From positions 6,180,144 to 6,244,143 of the forward strand of contig OZ199838.1 in NCBI GenBank assembly GCA_964304625.1: 64,000 nt of DNA. Reading direction: 5' to 3'. This document shows, piece after piece, positions 12,601 to 26,180 of the stretch; position 1 is the stretch's first letter, and the number at the start of each line of letters is the position of its first letter. Origin of the DNA: Kudoa neothunni (Eukaryota > Animalia > Cnidaria). A program made the position numbers and the translations under genes. The notes beneath the pieces were generated by a model. That model was not told the DNA's origin. It did not search any database and worked only from the letters and a program-made list of their open reading frames with translations.

Positions 12601-15600
12601 TTTTCTCTGAATGTAATGTGTCAAACCGTATAATGGTTTACAAATATATTTATCGCAATTTCTTGTTTAAATTGACTTAAAAAAACTCTGGGTGAATTTT
12701 ATCCCAAAATCTTTGGAAGTAGTTCGTTTGTTGATACCTTAGAGCAGGGGTTCTGAACCGTTTTTTCAAATTTACCCCTTGAGTCTGATGAAAGTCGAAA
12801 TGTCCCCTAACTTGGAAGAAAAATTCATATTTACCTTAAAGCAATGTTTCCCAATGTGCGTTCCACGCCCCACTGGTGGGACATAGAAATTCTTGAATGT
12901 TTAATGAATCACTCTGGTGAAGCGTGGAAATTCCTGAGTATTGGTGTGACATGGATAGCGGTGAGATAATTGGGCAGTGTGACGCACTTTGAAGTCAATA
13001 TCGTGATTTTCGATATTGTTAATTTTTAAGTGGAGGTTAATATCATAAAAAATACAAAAAGAAATGCTTAATTATATACGAATTAATAGTAATTAATGTA
13101 AACGTACGTATTGACGAGAATTCTTTTTCCTTAAGGTACTTGTTGCGCATCCTATAATTTAGGTGGGTTCATAGGGATCTAAAATTATATTGTAAACTGA
13201 GTTTAATATATTATTTAATAATATAATTCAAATAAATGAGGGTAGATTAATATAGCTGTACAAATTTGTAGGGCCGAACATTATTTGTCCCCTGTGACGT
13301 GCGCATACAAATGTGAGAAAAATTGGTTACCTACTCTAGTCGAAACGAGTGGCACCTGAGTACATTTACCGTGCCAATAGCCATTTCCTTTTTTAAATTA
13401 TGAAATATTTTCGAAAATCAACGATACCAGGCACGTGGTACCAGGGTATGCAAGGTATGTAGTGCAAGACTCTGGTGGGTACAAAACGATCTAAAACTTT
13501 TTTACAGACATAATTTTGCTTTGCTTTGCTTTGCTTTACTTTACATTAATATTCTTATTTTGATTAATTAACACATTTTGCACACAATAATAAAATTTTG
13601 ATAATTTTTCGATAACGTAAGCACAACCCCGCACTGCTTCTAGGCCGCCCTATTAATTCTACAGGCGTGCCGAGACCAGCACGCGCCGTTAACACATGAC
13701 GGAATATTATTCACTGGAAACAGAATCTTCGCTTCTTGTCATGACCTTTCGTACGTTATTAAAAAATCAAAATTTGATACACTTGTTTAAACAACTTTTA
13801 TGATGCTTGATCAGTTTCAAATTAGTGAAAAAAATTATTTCGTTTGTAAACACATGAAACATTACACTTTACTGAGTAAATCAATTATCTCCGTTTTGTT
13901 TATTGTAATGATGCCGTCTGAATCACGAAAAATGGGGATTATTTTAAAACCTATTCAAAATTTTCATACCAAGAAAAAATAAAAATTATTGCTGATGGTA
14001 GATCTATCCCGAGCTTCCACAATTGCAGAAAAAGTTGCATAAAATTACCGAGAAATTCCAAACCATCTGGTACAATAGAAATGAATGGTTGTGTGGCTGT
14101 ATTATAATAAAGCGACCTTTTTCACATCGAATTCAAGAGGAGGGCGTCATGTAGTTTTATTTAATTCGTTTATTTTAAAATAATTAAACTTTCTAAAAAT
14201 TCTTAAATATAAATGAAACATTTTTAAAATTTTTAGTTGTGAATTTTTTTGGTAACTCCAAAATTCGTAGTAATCTAATACTGAAGTAAAATCATTGAGT
14301 GCTTACCCAAAGCAAATATTCGCGACACGTGCCTGGACGATACACTCGTTTTGTCTCAATGTATCAGCGCATTTGCGATCATAATTTTATTTGGGGATAT
14401 TATTAAGATTATTATTTCTGTGAAAATTTAATTATTTACGTATCGATCCAATCAGTAAAGTTTTTTATTCGATTTACTCAATATTTCTACGTTAGCTTAT
14501 AAAAATCTAATCGGTCGATTAGTTGAATATTCTATATATAAACAAATTAAGATTACTGAATTTCCTTTACTTGTTATAGGCGCTTGATATTTAAAGTCTT
14601 CACATAATTATTTTACTAATGCGAGAATTCCAATATAGTTTCCTTGAACTCATTAGAAAATTCTGAAAAAATTCAAATGAGGATTTAAAATTTTTATCTA
14701 GTAATGTATGATAAATATATCATTGTCGATAAATGTAGTGAAACTAATTGAGTTTAATCCTAGAAATAACAGTTAAAATAGGTTCTTTATTGCGCAATTG
14801 TTTTTTATTGTAAGGGGAAATAATCAAGAAAAATCAATATGTTTTTTTCTTTTAGCCTTTTTAGAGTCCAAATAAATAAGATTTAAGATATTCTATCGTA
14901 AATAATAATATAATGGGTTTTAAATATTTACTTTATGTTTGTCGCCATTGGTTTAAGATGTATTTTCCTTGAATGCGTATGTATTGTCGATCCAAAAAAT
15001 GTTTGGATAATTGTAAATTATTTGAATTGGTGATACAATTTTTCTTATCCTGATATTATCTATTATCAATTTTTAATTAAATTGGTCAATTGATTGATTT
15101 ATCGATTTTAAAGGGCAGTTTCATCAAAGTAATATACATTACTGTAATACCTTAATGATGTCATGGTATTGGGGCGATTATTTACCATTTGAGTCACATT
15201 TTTGCCATTCTCGCTTTTGAAACCTCACTCTAATCCTAGGGTTCTCAACCGTTTTTTAAATTTATTCCGACCTGGTGAAAAATCCAAATTTACCTCCCCA
15301 ACTTCGAAGCTAAATTAATATCTACTTTAAGGTTGTGTACTTATTTAAGTATTATTAGGTTACATCTCTAAAAGATAAATGAGGAAAAATGAAAGAGACC
15401 GATAATAATGTTTTGAATAGTTATTAAATATTTATTCCTAAAACCTTCCAAGCATTTCTGCCGACGTCTTAATTTAGTTTGATAACCCTGAATAATGTAA
15501 CTCCTTATAAATCTTTAGACGCATAACAAAACGCATTATGAAAAAATTGCTCCTATCGAAAGTCGATATCATTTAATTTACCTCTGGCTGAGAACCCCTG

Positions 15601-18600
15601 CTATTGAGAATAAATTTTTATCGCAACGATTTACCATATGAGTTTTAAGGTCGTATGCATCCATCAAAAAATATTTTTATTTAATTATTGTTTTTTTATT
15701 TATACGTAACTTTCTATATTAAAACTTTTTATTAAAATTAATTTTTTTATTTTATGTGGTTGACATTTTTTTACTTTTTTATTAATTTAGATTTAATTGT
15801 ATGTTAACATAAAATAACTAAGAATATGCGAAATTGCTATAGTAAAGAGTTTTTAATAGTGTTGTTTAATGAATTATAATATTTTGTATTCAATTTTTAG
15901 TGTAAACTACAATTTATCTTGTTGTTTACGAACTTATGCACTTTATTTTTTTTGTTTTTTAATTTTGTATTTATCATACATTATTGAACGTATCTGAGAG
16001 ATTATTTCGGCGTAAATAATAGGTTCTTTAGTTAATTCATTAATTGAATAATATTCGTATACGTTATAAATGTTCTTGACTGTATTTGAATTTGATGCCT
16101 GATAGAATTGACCGCTTACACTTGAAAAACTCTCTAATATTAAATTTTTATTTAGCCTAAATTTTCTCCATAACTGCATCACATATTTTGAAAGTTGTGT
16201 GTATACATTGGAAGCTAGTATTATATTCGAAACAATGAATTTCTTATAATTTTTTAGTTTTCATTAAAATACCCAATCCAAGTCAACTCTCCTTGACCGA
16301 AAGTGGTCATAATAAATTGATGCCAGTGTATTTAATATTTGAGGTATATATTATGATTGTATTCTAATCGTTGTTAATCTCTTATTGTAATTTTAGGATT
16401 GTCTTGGAATTTTCAAAATGTTGCCTGATCTATTTTCTATTCTTCTAGATATGAGTATATTGATGTTACGTTCGCTTAAAATTGTAATTGGATTTTCTAT
16501 TGAATTTTCAAATTAGTTGAAGATTCGTTCGATTTATTTCTTCGATATGGTGAAATTTTTAACCTTACATACTTCAAGTAGATAAAGGTAATGAAGCGTA
16601 TAAACAATATTATAATATTTAGGATGGTAACACTAATTCGTGTCGGAGCTGGATTTACTTTTTTGGTAAATCTTATCAAATTCCCGACCTTAAGCAATGT
16701 ATTTGTAGTTCTATTTCATTTTTGTAATTTTTTTTTTCCAAGACGTCCCCAATCGATGGAATTTTACAAGAAGCGTACGAACGAATTAGTTTTATTTGTT
16801 GGTCCGCCTATTACCTTGTTTTAATGCGATTGTTTATATTTTCTCATATTATGCGTCTAAACAAAGTGATAGGACGGGTTTCAACTATTTTATTATATAT
16901 TCTATTATTGTTCTATAGTAAAAATAAAGAAGAGGTTATTAAGGAGTATAATTACCTGTTGCTGGTCAATGTTAAGTATCATTTTAGATCACTTGCCAGC
17001 AAAGCTAATGAGTTAAAATTAAAAAAAGTCAGATCAATGGAGTAGTTTCACGTTCATTTATTTCCAATCAAATTTTTTGTGTGTTAGACAACTTGAAATT
17101 GTAAAAAGAGCACCACCAAATGATGTTCATATTATTTGGTACTGACTCTTGTTTATCATGCATTCGAACAACCTTCAATAATTATTTGATTCTCTCTTTT
17201 ATTTAGCAATCATAAAATAACACTACTAACACAAACCATCACTCGTTATGAAGAGAAAATCAAAATGCTTCAAAACCAGGTAAACATGTAAAGCGATGAG
17301 GAATTTTTAGTGGTTACATAGATGGAAACAATAAAAAATTCTGCTATGGACAAGGTTTTAGGATGCATTTATTGAATGATAATATCCTAGAAATTTAGTA
17401 TAAAGCTGACATGGATTTGGCCACTCAAAAATTAAAACTTCTTCAAGAGGTAATAATGCTTGATTGCATAAAACTCTGCACGACCATTTACACTGACGAG
17501 TACATTTTAAAATATATTGATACTTTTAGGAAAACAATTTAATTCGAAAAGAAATTGGAGAAAACAAAAAAATGGGTATTTATTCACATTAACTAATAAC
17601 TATATATGTGTTTATGTGTGGTTAAAGAGCAGGCTAATTCGGAGGAACGTTTTGATCGACTAAAAAAATTGTATATGGAACTAAGAAACGAATATATGGT
17701 GGCCACTGAGAAAATTGTCACTATGAAGTCTGAACGAAAGTCAGCAAAACAAAATGAGGAGCATAAAGATGTTTTTTATGATTCTTTGAAAGATTTAAAT
17801 GATGTATTGTTTATTTTAGACAAAAATACAGGAATTAACGAATGAAATTGATCAACTAAACGTAGAGGTACCTTAGATCTATCATCTCATATTGTTTTAT
17901 TTATTTAATGGGATTTAGTTGAAAAAGTGTGAATCAACGATTATATCCACTGAGAATGAGCTTGTACTTTAATTTTAAACCCCCAACAAGCTAGTTGAAC
18001 TAATGAGTTTTTTGTTTAGGTCACGCTTAAGACTCAAACCTCTCAAGGCAAACAACAATTTCAACAACAAGTAATGTAACAATTATGTGCTCGAATATTT
18101 ATAAATTTAGTTGGAACAAGCTAATCAACAGGTGGAACTTGTTCAACAAAAATACGCTGTAGGATTTTGCATTTTATTATTTGTTGTCTACCGTTCATTT
18201 GTTGTGTAGGTAGAGACCGCCAATCTTAATAATCAACTAGTCGACCTTAAAAATAAACTCGACCATAGCAACTTAATTAGTACATTAGTAATTTAGAATT
18301 CGAGTAGTTGTTTACTTGAATATTAGAAATTCTAATTGAGTCAATAAAAAATCGGTTATCGCATTACAAGACCACATTGCATGAACCATCTTCAAATGAA
18401 TGTTATCCCAAAGAACTTGTTAAATCCCTCCAAAAGATTTCCATTGACGTCGAAAAACTGCTCGATAAATCTGACATGGAGATCTGTATCTATTAGAAAT
18501 CATTATTAACGAAAATATTGATTGATCATATTTAAATTAAATTATGACTGTTTAGCTGATATACTTTGTTTCTTCAATGATAACAGTGTGGATCTTGGAG

Positions 18601-20144
18601 AAATGGTTTACTTCAGTAAGGGTGTTAGTAATAAAATACTGGATCCTCAAATTAGTGGTAAAACTATTAATTTTTTGAGCCGATTTTTATTTTACGTAAC
18701 AGATGACATCCTTGAATTCTCAGAAAATCTGATTGATGCTCACTATCCTCTTGCCGATTGGCTAAACTCAGACAGCCACGGTATGAGCAGTTGATTGAGA
18801 AATCATCCGATAATTAATTATTATTCTAAATAGATACAAAAGATAGGGATGTGAATCAAATTAAAACCAAATTTCAACATTTAAAATCTATGTTGAATTC
18901 TTATATTCAGCATATTCAAGTAGTTAATCAAAAAAACTTTAGAATTTTCAACTTAAAATGCAAAATTTAATCCAATGTTTTATATAAATAGGATTTACCT
19001 GAAATAGTTGAAACTACCCCTACCATATTTAACCCTGAAGAAGAAATAACGAGAGCACAAGCGGTAAAATGTTTATCTTCACAATATTTAGTGTTGTCAT
19101 TTGTAGACCATAGAAGAAGCTAAATCCCTACTTGGAGTAATCCGAAAACATAATTTGGAATTTTTCACTTATACTTGTAGACGATTTTTCAACAAACTAA
19201 ATCCGCAGTTTCTGAAAGAGAGCTTAATGTTCACAAGGGGTAATTTTGTTAGTAATGATGAATATGTGGATGTGATCAAATTTTTAAATTTTAGAATAAT
19301 AGATGGTTGTTCATCACTTCTAGGCGTAAGATAAGTTGGATGTACTAATGTGTAAAACTTTATAGTACGTCGAGCAACTCATTAAGGACTCGGCGGTGTT
19401 GCAGCATGAAATAGTTGAAACCAACTGTGGAGTAACGGCGAATAGTAAACATTTTTGTGCGAATAAGCAACAATCTTTTAGAATGAAAAAAATACACGCG
19501 CTTTCTACAAAAAGAATCATAGGTGGACTGAAGGTTTGATCTCGGCCGCTAAAGCTGTAGGTGCAGCTGCAAATTTTCTGGTTCAAACGGCCGATAGAAC
19601 AATCACCAATGGCGCACCTCTAGAAGAGCTTATCGTGGCCTCATTAGACATTAATGCATCCACAGCTCAGTTGATTGCATCTTCAAGAGTGAAAGCCGAT
19701 CATGAAAGCGACAATTTGGAGAATGTTGTATCGACTTCCTTTAAAGGTGACTAATGACAAATGAATGGTTGGAACTTTATGTTTTTGTTTACTATGATAT
19801 ACAGTCAACCAAGCTAGCAATTCGTTGGTGAGTAAAGTTTCAGAAATTATTCAAACCGAAAACGCCGATCATAGTATCAACTAAGCACTAATTTTTATGC
19901 GTTTACATAATTGATTGTGTTCATCTAGAAATTGATTTATCTAATCTGTCGGTCACTCAAACCAAGCGTTTAGAAATGAACGTGCAGGTAATTTGTATTG
20001 AGTAAGATATATTGTGATTCGTCTTTTTTGTAGATAAAATGTCTTGAACTTGAGAGTAAATTGGAAAGAGAAAGAGCAAAACTCTTATACATACGCTCAA
20101 AAAACTTCCATTCGGCAAAGTCATCTGTTGAAAAGAGTTCTTAA
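9649..20144 (+). CDS. HIP1: Huntingtin-interacting protein 1 / Sla2 family (ANTH - coiled coil - I/LWEQ), many small exons
   Basis: ANTH exons (PPKQKRIK; CWKLYFTLHSVMREG), coiled-coil exons at 17.2-18.3 kb, and I/LWEQ motif FYKKNHRWTEGLISAAKAV...EELIVAS...STAQLIASSRVKA...QTKRLEMNVQ..LELESKLERERAKL. One ~6-kb TE-filled intronic region at 10.35-16.2 kb. Some exon phases were not resolved. Confidence 0.9.
11263..12744. mobile_element. Non-autonomous piggyBac remnant
   Basis: Left end TTAA|ccctctaaggattttggggtgaaattcacccc. The matching right end gggtgaattttatcccaaaatc...ccttagag is cut by a hAT insertion. Confidence 0.7.
12745..12841 (+). mobile_element. hAT MITE family B, partial copy
   Basis: caggggttctgaaccgttttttcaaattt... 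matches 15236-15330 and is interrupted by family A copy 2. Confidence 0.65.
12842..13050 (+). mobile_element. hAT family A copy 2 (5' part)
   Basis: caatgtttccc...ggtgagataattgggcagt shared with 27399-27600 and, in reverse, with 5880-6050. Confidence 0.75.
15236..15600 (+). mobile_element. hAT MITE family B (~365 bp)
   Basis: Termini ctagggttctcaacc / ggctgagaacccctg. Second copy at 12745. Confidence 0.7.
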
Positions 20145-20689
20145 ATTTTATATGCTCTGCAATCTCAAGTCATAATCAAGAATTTTTTTGATACAAAAAT
20201 GGATTTTGCGTTAAATTCGTAACTTTTTTTAATTCCAAGATTTTTGTGTGATTTTTTACTGACTGTTTTCCTGTTGCATCTTTTATTTAATCCATTTCCG
20301 CATAATATATTTATATATTTTTATTAGTTGGTTTTATTTGGTTAAGAAATAAATAATCTATGTATATTAATCATAATATTCTTTGGATTGTATCTTAAAC
20401 TCGTATTGCCAAGTATCGACTGCGTCCCATATAATCTACTAAGCTTTTTGCGAAATCTGAAAATTCTACAATCACATATTTGTGTTTAAAATTATTATGT
20501 TGTAAAATTTGATTTTATAAGTAATAAAACGGCTAAATTACAGTATACGTGTAATCTTCGTCGATTGTCGCGAGTATTCAGAAAAGTTTGTATTATAAGT
20601 ATTTTTTGCAAAAATATTCACACTCGGAGGTAATGAAACCATTTCAACGTTTGATTCTGGTTATTCCCGATTTTACCTTGAGTATATTG

Positions 20690-21392
20690 TAAAAAGTTTC
20701 CAAAATATGGGATTTTTGCATTATTTTTATACATGTGTGTATGTTGAGAATATGTACGTGAAAGTTAGGAAGGATGTAAACGACAAGAACCTATTCAAGT
20801 GCATTGTTTGCAAGAAAAGATGTTTCATTTAAAATAGGGTAATATATTGAAATGTCGTGACTTTCTTTGAGTGTAATTTTTATTGCGATTGAGGTCATCA
20901 TCTAAATATGGCCTATGAAGCTTTGCATCAGCATTTGGATATATATCAACACGCTCAACTATAATAAAATTAAAGACCATTGTTGGAAACATAATGACTT
21001 TAAAATTAGATGGAGAATCCAGTGAAATTGGGGAAAAAAGAATAATCGTCCAAATCAAAGAAACAATCTTCTCAAAAAGAAAATGCGGTGTAGGAAAGCT
21101 TTTAAAGGGTCAGTAATATTATATAATATGTGAAATCGATGAAGAAGGAGACGTTTCTTAAATATTGAAAATATTTGACACAAATAAGTTCTCGAAAATA
21201 TTATTTTAGATAATGTCAAGTTGGGTTCGGTCATACGGACGGACGATTGGCGTGGTTACAACGATATAAAACATTTGAGATTAATCCATGGAACTTTTAT
21301 CCATTAAATATGATTAGTTTCTCTCGTAATAAGTCATACAATTCGTATAGAGTATACTTAAGTGACATTCAAGCGAAAATATCAGAATCACA
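20690..21392 (+). pseudogene. Merlin / ISXO2 (IS1595-like) transposase remnant, interrupted by piggyBac 3
   Basis: Decayed translation IGEKRIIVQIKETIFSKRKCGVGK...ILDNVKLGSVIRTDDWRGYNDI..L.H...SHTIRIE matches ISXO2 DDE motifs. Confidence 0.7.
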
Positions 21393-21396
21393 TTAA

Positions 21397-24136
21397 CCCT
21401 TCCTGTCCGACGTGGGGTATATTGGATACCCCAATATGATACTTTTCTTATAATTCTTGACCCATTGATATGGATGTCACGAAATTTCTTTAATGTTTGT
21501 ATAATGTATTAAAGTTTAAGAAGGATGAAAATTAAATTGAATATAGTGCAGTATTATTGTAAGAATGAGGATTTTAAAATAATCACTTTATAATATATCT
21601 GATTTTACCACCAAATCAATATCAGAATTTTTTTAATTGTTTATACATGAGTTTTTATGGTTAAAATATCAATTATTTTTCTTTTAATAATAATAAAGAA
21701 GTGTTACGGTTTTTACGCGCCGATTGAAGATTAACGGAAGGAAATTAATCCATTCAGAGTTTTCGGGAAGGCACAGCTTGTTTCACTAAGTTTAATTTTT
21801 ATTGATACTTAAGTATATTATTTTTTATTTATTTTTACTTATGTACATCTTTATTTAAAATGATTTTAGAAATATGTTCGACGACACCGAAAAATTAATT
21901 GAGGATTCTTCTTCCAGTTAAGATGATTGTTCTCAGTTTATTGTATCCGAGTCAGAAGACTCTTTCGACGAAAATTTTTGTGAACAAGATAGTAATTATA
22001 GCGATGAAGAAGAGTTATTGGGTGATTTGAAATATTTACCGATGAGTGAAAATTCAAAATCTGTGCTTACCTCTCGATCTGGTTTCGAATGGTGTACGAA
22101 ACCTCCTACTAAAATGAAGACTCGTCTTCATAACTTTGTTTCGTCACCTTCTTGAATTATTAATGAGGCAAAAAATGTTAACAAATTGTTGAAGCTTTTG
22201 AGCTCTTTATATCGAATGATATTGTCGACATTATAGCCGAATATACAAATATATACTGTGATTGTATGGACAAAACCAAAGAAAGGATAACTATTGAAAA
22301 ACTCAAATCTTTTATGGGTGTTTTAATTGCATCTGGTCGCTCAAATGGTCGCTCGCTTGCTCTGAGGAATGTATGGGATTCCAACCCATTATTTAAACAA
22401 TTCTATTTTTCCACAGCCTTATCAAGGGGCATATTCACTCTCATCTACCAAACAATGAGATTCGATGATAAATCAACCAGATCTGAACGTTTCCGGAAAT
22501 CAGAAGATAAACTTGAGCCATTGCGTGAAATTTTTCAGCTATTAAAGAATAATTGCTTGAAATATTACTCGCCAGGTCCATATATAACGGTAGATCAACG
22601 CCTGGTTCGTTTCAAAGGAAGATGTCCCTTCAGAGTTTTCATGAAGAGCAAACTAGGCCGTTACGGACTAAAACTTTGGGCGGCCGCTGATGTTGAAACT
22701 AGCTACCTGTTGAACATCCAGCCGTACACTGGTAAAGTAGACGGTAGCAGAGAAATTAACCAAGGAGAACGTGTTGTCACAGATCTCGTCAAACCTTTTT
22801 TCGGAACCGGTAGAGGAGTTACCGTGGATAATTTCTTTACTTCGATTCCGCTTGCACAGAAACTTTTACGAAACAGTGTAACTGTGACAGGAACGATTCG
22901 TTTCGACAAACCTGAAATTCCTAACGAATTTATGAGATCTCCAAGACGTGAAGTTTTTTCCACCTTATTTGGGTTTAATGGTGATCTCACCCTAGTTTCC
23001 TACGTCCCAAAAAAGAATTACGTGGTGAATTTGTTGTCGAGTGAACACAACGATATTTCATTAAAAAAATGAGGAGCGGAATCGGCTCAAATTATCTTAC
23101 ATTACAATGCTCCAAGCCTACGCGTCGGTGGCCCCTTAAAATTTTCATGGGTATGATTGACATCGCAGCGTTTAATCCGTGTATAATCTGGACAAAAAAT
23201 CCTGAATGGCGAAAAAAACAACAGGAGCAAGCGGAAACATTTTTCCCGCCGACTATCAATTGAATTGGCTGAGGCCAACGTTTTTAAACGTCAAGCAATG
23301 TCCAATAACTATTGGACAAACTTAAAATACGGCTTCGAACTATTTCAAAATCAAACGAATAATGGTGATACATTTATTGAACGGTTAAGTTTTAAAAATC
23401 AATCTACGAGAAATAGATGCTATTTTTGCCCACGTAATAAGAAAAAAAATCGAATATTCGCTGCTACAGCTGCAATAAATTTCTTTGTTGGAATCATGGA
23501 AAACAAAAAAATGTAGCATACTGTTCAGATTGCTTTGAATAAATTAATTCCATGTTGTTACTCAATAAACTCATATTCTTAGTGTTTATGCAAAACCATT
23601 ACTATGTGATTTTAAACGTTTCAATTATTTATATTGTAAAAATAAAATAGGATCATACTTTATCTAACTATCATTCATTATTTTATAACTTATTAAACTA
23701 AAATCTTAATTACCAAGAATGTTAAAAAATCACCACGCACTTCAAAAATACACCGGTTATTTCAGAGAAAACCCAGAATGTAATAAATGGAGGGTAACAC
23801 CGCAGGCCAATATCTCAATAGATAGTGTGAGCACCAGCTTCTTTCATCTTATTTTTTAATTTTAGTGGTCTATTTATTGCTTATGTTTAAATTTTTTAAC
23901 ATCATGGCATATTATTTTTTTATATTAGTATCGCATGATAATTTTTATAAAACCTTATAGCGTCTAATTAATTTCTAGTAATAAGTTAAGAATATCATTA
24001 TTAAATTCTTTAAATTGCTCGCCTTCTAATATTGCATTAAGGGAAATTTTGCATAAGTTTATGGTCTTATTTTGTTGGGGTACAGGACGTACCCCATCGG
24101 AACGGGAGGATTTTTTTTCGCGCCGTACAGGAAGGG
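21397..24136 (+). mobile_element. piggyBac element 3 (PGBD4-like), full length with damaged transposase
   Basis: TTAA|cccttcctgt ... acaggaaggg|TTAA. ORF pieces 22266-23072, 23069-23263 and 23265-23516 (TVDQRLVRFKGRCPFR, VTVDNFFTS, TRRWP, RNRCYFCPR). Confidence 0.93.
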
Positions 24137-24690
24137 TTAATTATTTGAACTAAAATTACCGTTAAGTTGAATATATTTGTTTATATGGAGAATGGAAACA
24201 TTTAAAATTTAAATTTAACAAATTCACAAAAAGTGAACAAAATTCATTACTGACTGTATATTGGTTGGCTATTTTATAGGAAATAATCAATGTGAAATAT
24301 TCACAATCCGATTCAAGGATGAAAAGATGGGAATTTCGGGTTAATGTGTAATAAATATAATTGTTTCTATTTATGAAAAAGTCGATTGCAATATTTCGAA
24401 TAGAGTGAGAAATTTTTTTAAAGCAACTTCTGAAAAAAATTTACTAATATTTATAGAAAATTTAATATTTTCAGAAATAAAGAAATACTTTATCTTACCA
24501 GGAAATAAGTTAACTTCATTGTAACATTTAGAATTTTTCCAAAACTTTAATTATAGAGATTTATACGTTTAGAAAATTCATTGGTTTAAAAATATAATAT
24601 ACAAAAAAATTTATTATACTAGATATGAATTAATTAACTCTTTTTTTTAATTGAAATTTAAAACTATTATAAAAATGTTAACGTTGTGTG

Positions 24691-24702
24691 TGCACATGCG
24701 CA
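24691..24702. promoter_or_regulatory. NRF1/EWG-like promoter motif TGCACATGCGCA
   Basis: One mismatch to YGCGCAYGCGCR, ~100 bp upstream of the MRPS16 ATG. Similar motifs precede the clathrin light chain and eIF2B-gamma genes. Confidence 0.45.
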
Positions 24703-24802
24703 AATAGGTGTTGTTTAAATTCCCAGGTGTTTACCACTTGCACTCTCAGTCATTTCCACTAATTCGGCACATAATTTCGTTAAATTTATCAAATTCATAA
24801 TA

Positions 24803-25224
24803 ATGAAAGATTTGCGACATATTGGTGTCCCTGAATTAATAATAAGAATGCAATCTGCTGGATGTCGCAATAGAAGAGTTCATCCTATTGTGTTAATGAA
24901 AACATTAGACAGTCATAATGATAGACCCATCGAGCAGGTATCCGTATGTCTACCACAACAATTAATTCACTAATAATATAATAGCTCGGAATGTATGATC
25001 CAGTGCGAAATCGTTATGGTGAACGAGTGGTATCATTCAACATGGATCGTATTCGATATTGGTTGAGTAACGGAGCTTTGCCGTCAAAGAATGTAGCAGC
25101 ATTATTTGGTCTTGCAGGAATTACAGCTGTTACTGATGAAACACAAATTAAGGCCATAAGAAATACTCGAAAACTAATTGAAAATGATAGTAACGATGAG
25201 ATCGGAGATGATTCTGTTAGTTGA
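24803..25224 (+). CDS. MRPS16: Mitochondrial ribosomal protein S16 (2 exons)
   Basis: IRMQSAGCRNRRVHPIV...PIEQ|LGMYDP..N..GERVVSFNMDRIRYWLSNGA.PSKNVAALFGLAG, with a short GT-AG intron near 24938-24984. Confidence 0.92.
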
Positions 25225-25422
25225 GTGGACACAAAAAATTTTTAGTTTTTATTGGAGTTTTTTGGTGTTAGAGCGTTATAATTTTGTTTTGGAAATGTTG
25301 GTAATCTCATGCGCACACACACATTAGGGGAATTGCCTTTGAGATCGGCTTATAAATACACCGACTGTAATCGGCAGCAGTTTTTGAAGGCAAACAAACA
25401 CTAGCATTTCTATTTAACTATC

Positions 25423-26180
25423 ATGGGTGATGATATTCTGTCTAAACATGATGCAGATCTTCATTCGTTAGGGCTTGACATTCCATCGGTAGATAGGCGA
25501 TTTTTTGATGTGTTCGAGTGAGCTTTTCGATTAGCCAACCAACTCTGCAACTAAATCATTAGAAGAATTAGATTTAGATGTAGTTTCTGCACGTTCAGGT
25601 AGTTTATTTTAACTAGGACTTACTGTTTGACAATGATTATAGGTTCGTTCTCCTCAGATGACCAACTTGGGACATCTTACCAATCAACAACAGTTGCCGG
25701 TGAATATTTTGTAGTATATACGATTTGGTTCGATTAGTATTTGATTGGAGAATTTATTTTTAGACAACAACTGAACCAGAATCCGTCAGGTACATTTCAA
25801 CTGATAGATAACTCTTATAGTTTATCGACCCTTCTATGTGTAGGTTATGGAAACAGGAGACAAAAGAACGAATTGAAAAACAACAAGTGGAATCAGATGA
25901 AAAAATCAAACTTATCAAGGAAAAAGCATTGAAAGATATTGAAGAATTTAAAAAAGCACGCCTAACCCGCATCAACAACACATTTGAAGAGATAAAAACC
26001 CACAAAAATACAGACAAAGACGGTGTGGATATGATCAATAGTAAAATATGGTCCAATGTTGTAACCTCATCCAAACTCCATACAAGACCACCTTATTGTC
26101 TTAAAGATATCACTAGAATGAGAAAAGTCCTTGTTTCCCTCAAGGAGCAACAAGATAATGCCACGCCTGAATCAGTCTAG
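25423..26180 (+). CDS. CLTA: Clathrin light chain (5 exons)
   Basis: EPESVRLWKQE..ERIE...ES..K......A..DIEEF heavy-chain-binding helix, W..V motif and C-terminal KDITRMRKVLVSLK. The symbol denotes the family (CLTA/CLTB). Confidence 0.88.

Larger units (their letters stand above)
10884..13388. mobile_element. Putative non-autonomous TIR element (Merlin-like GG termini) in the HIP1 intron, hosting nested elements
   Basis: Inverted termini ggttactggcacggtaaa / tttaccgtgccaatagcc, with approximate 8-bp flanks tttgttaa / ttttttaa. Confidence 0.5.
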
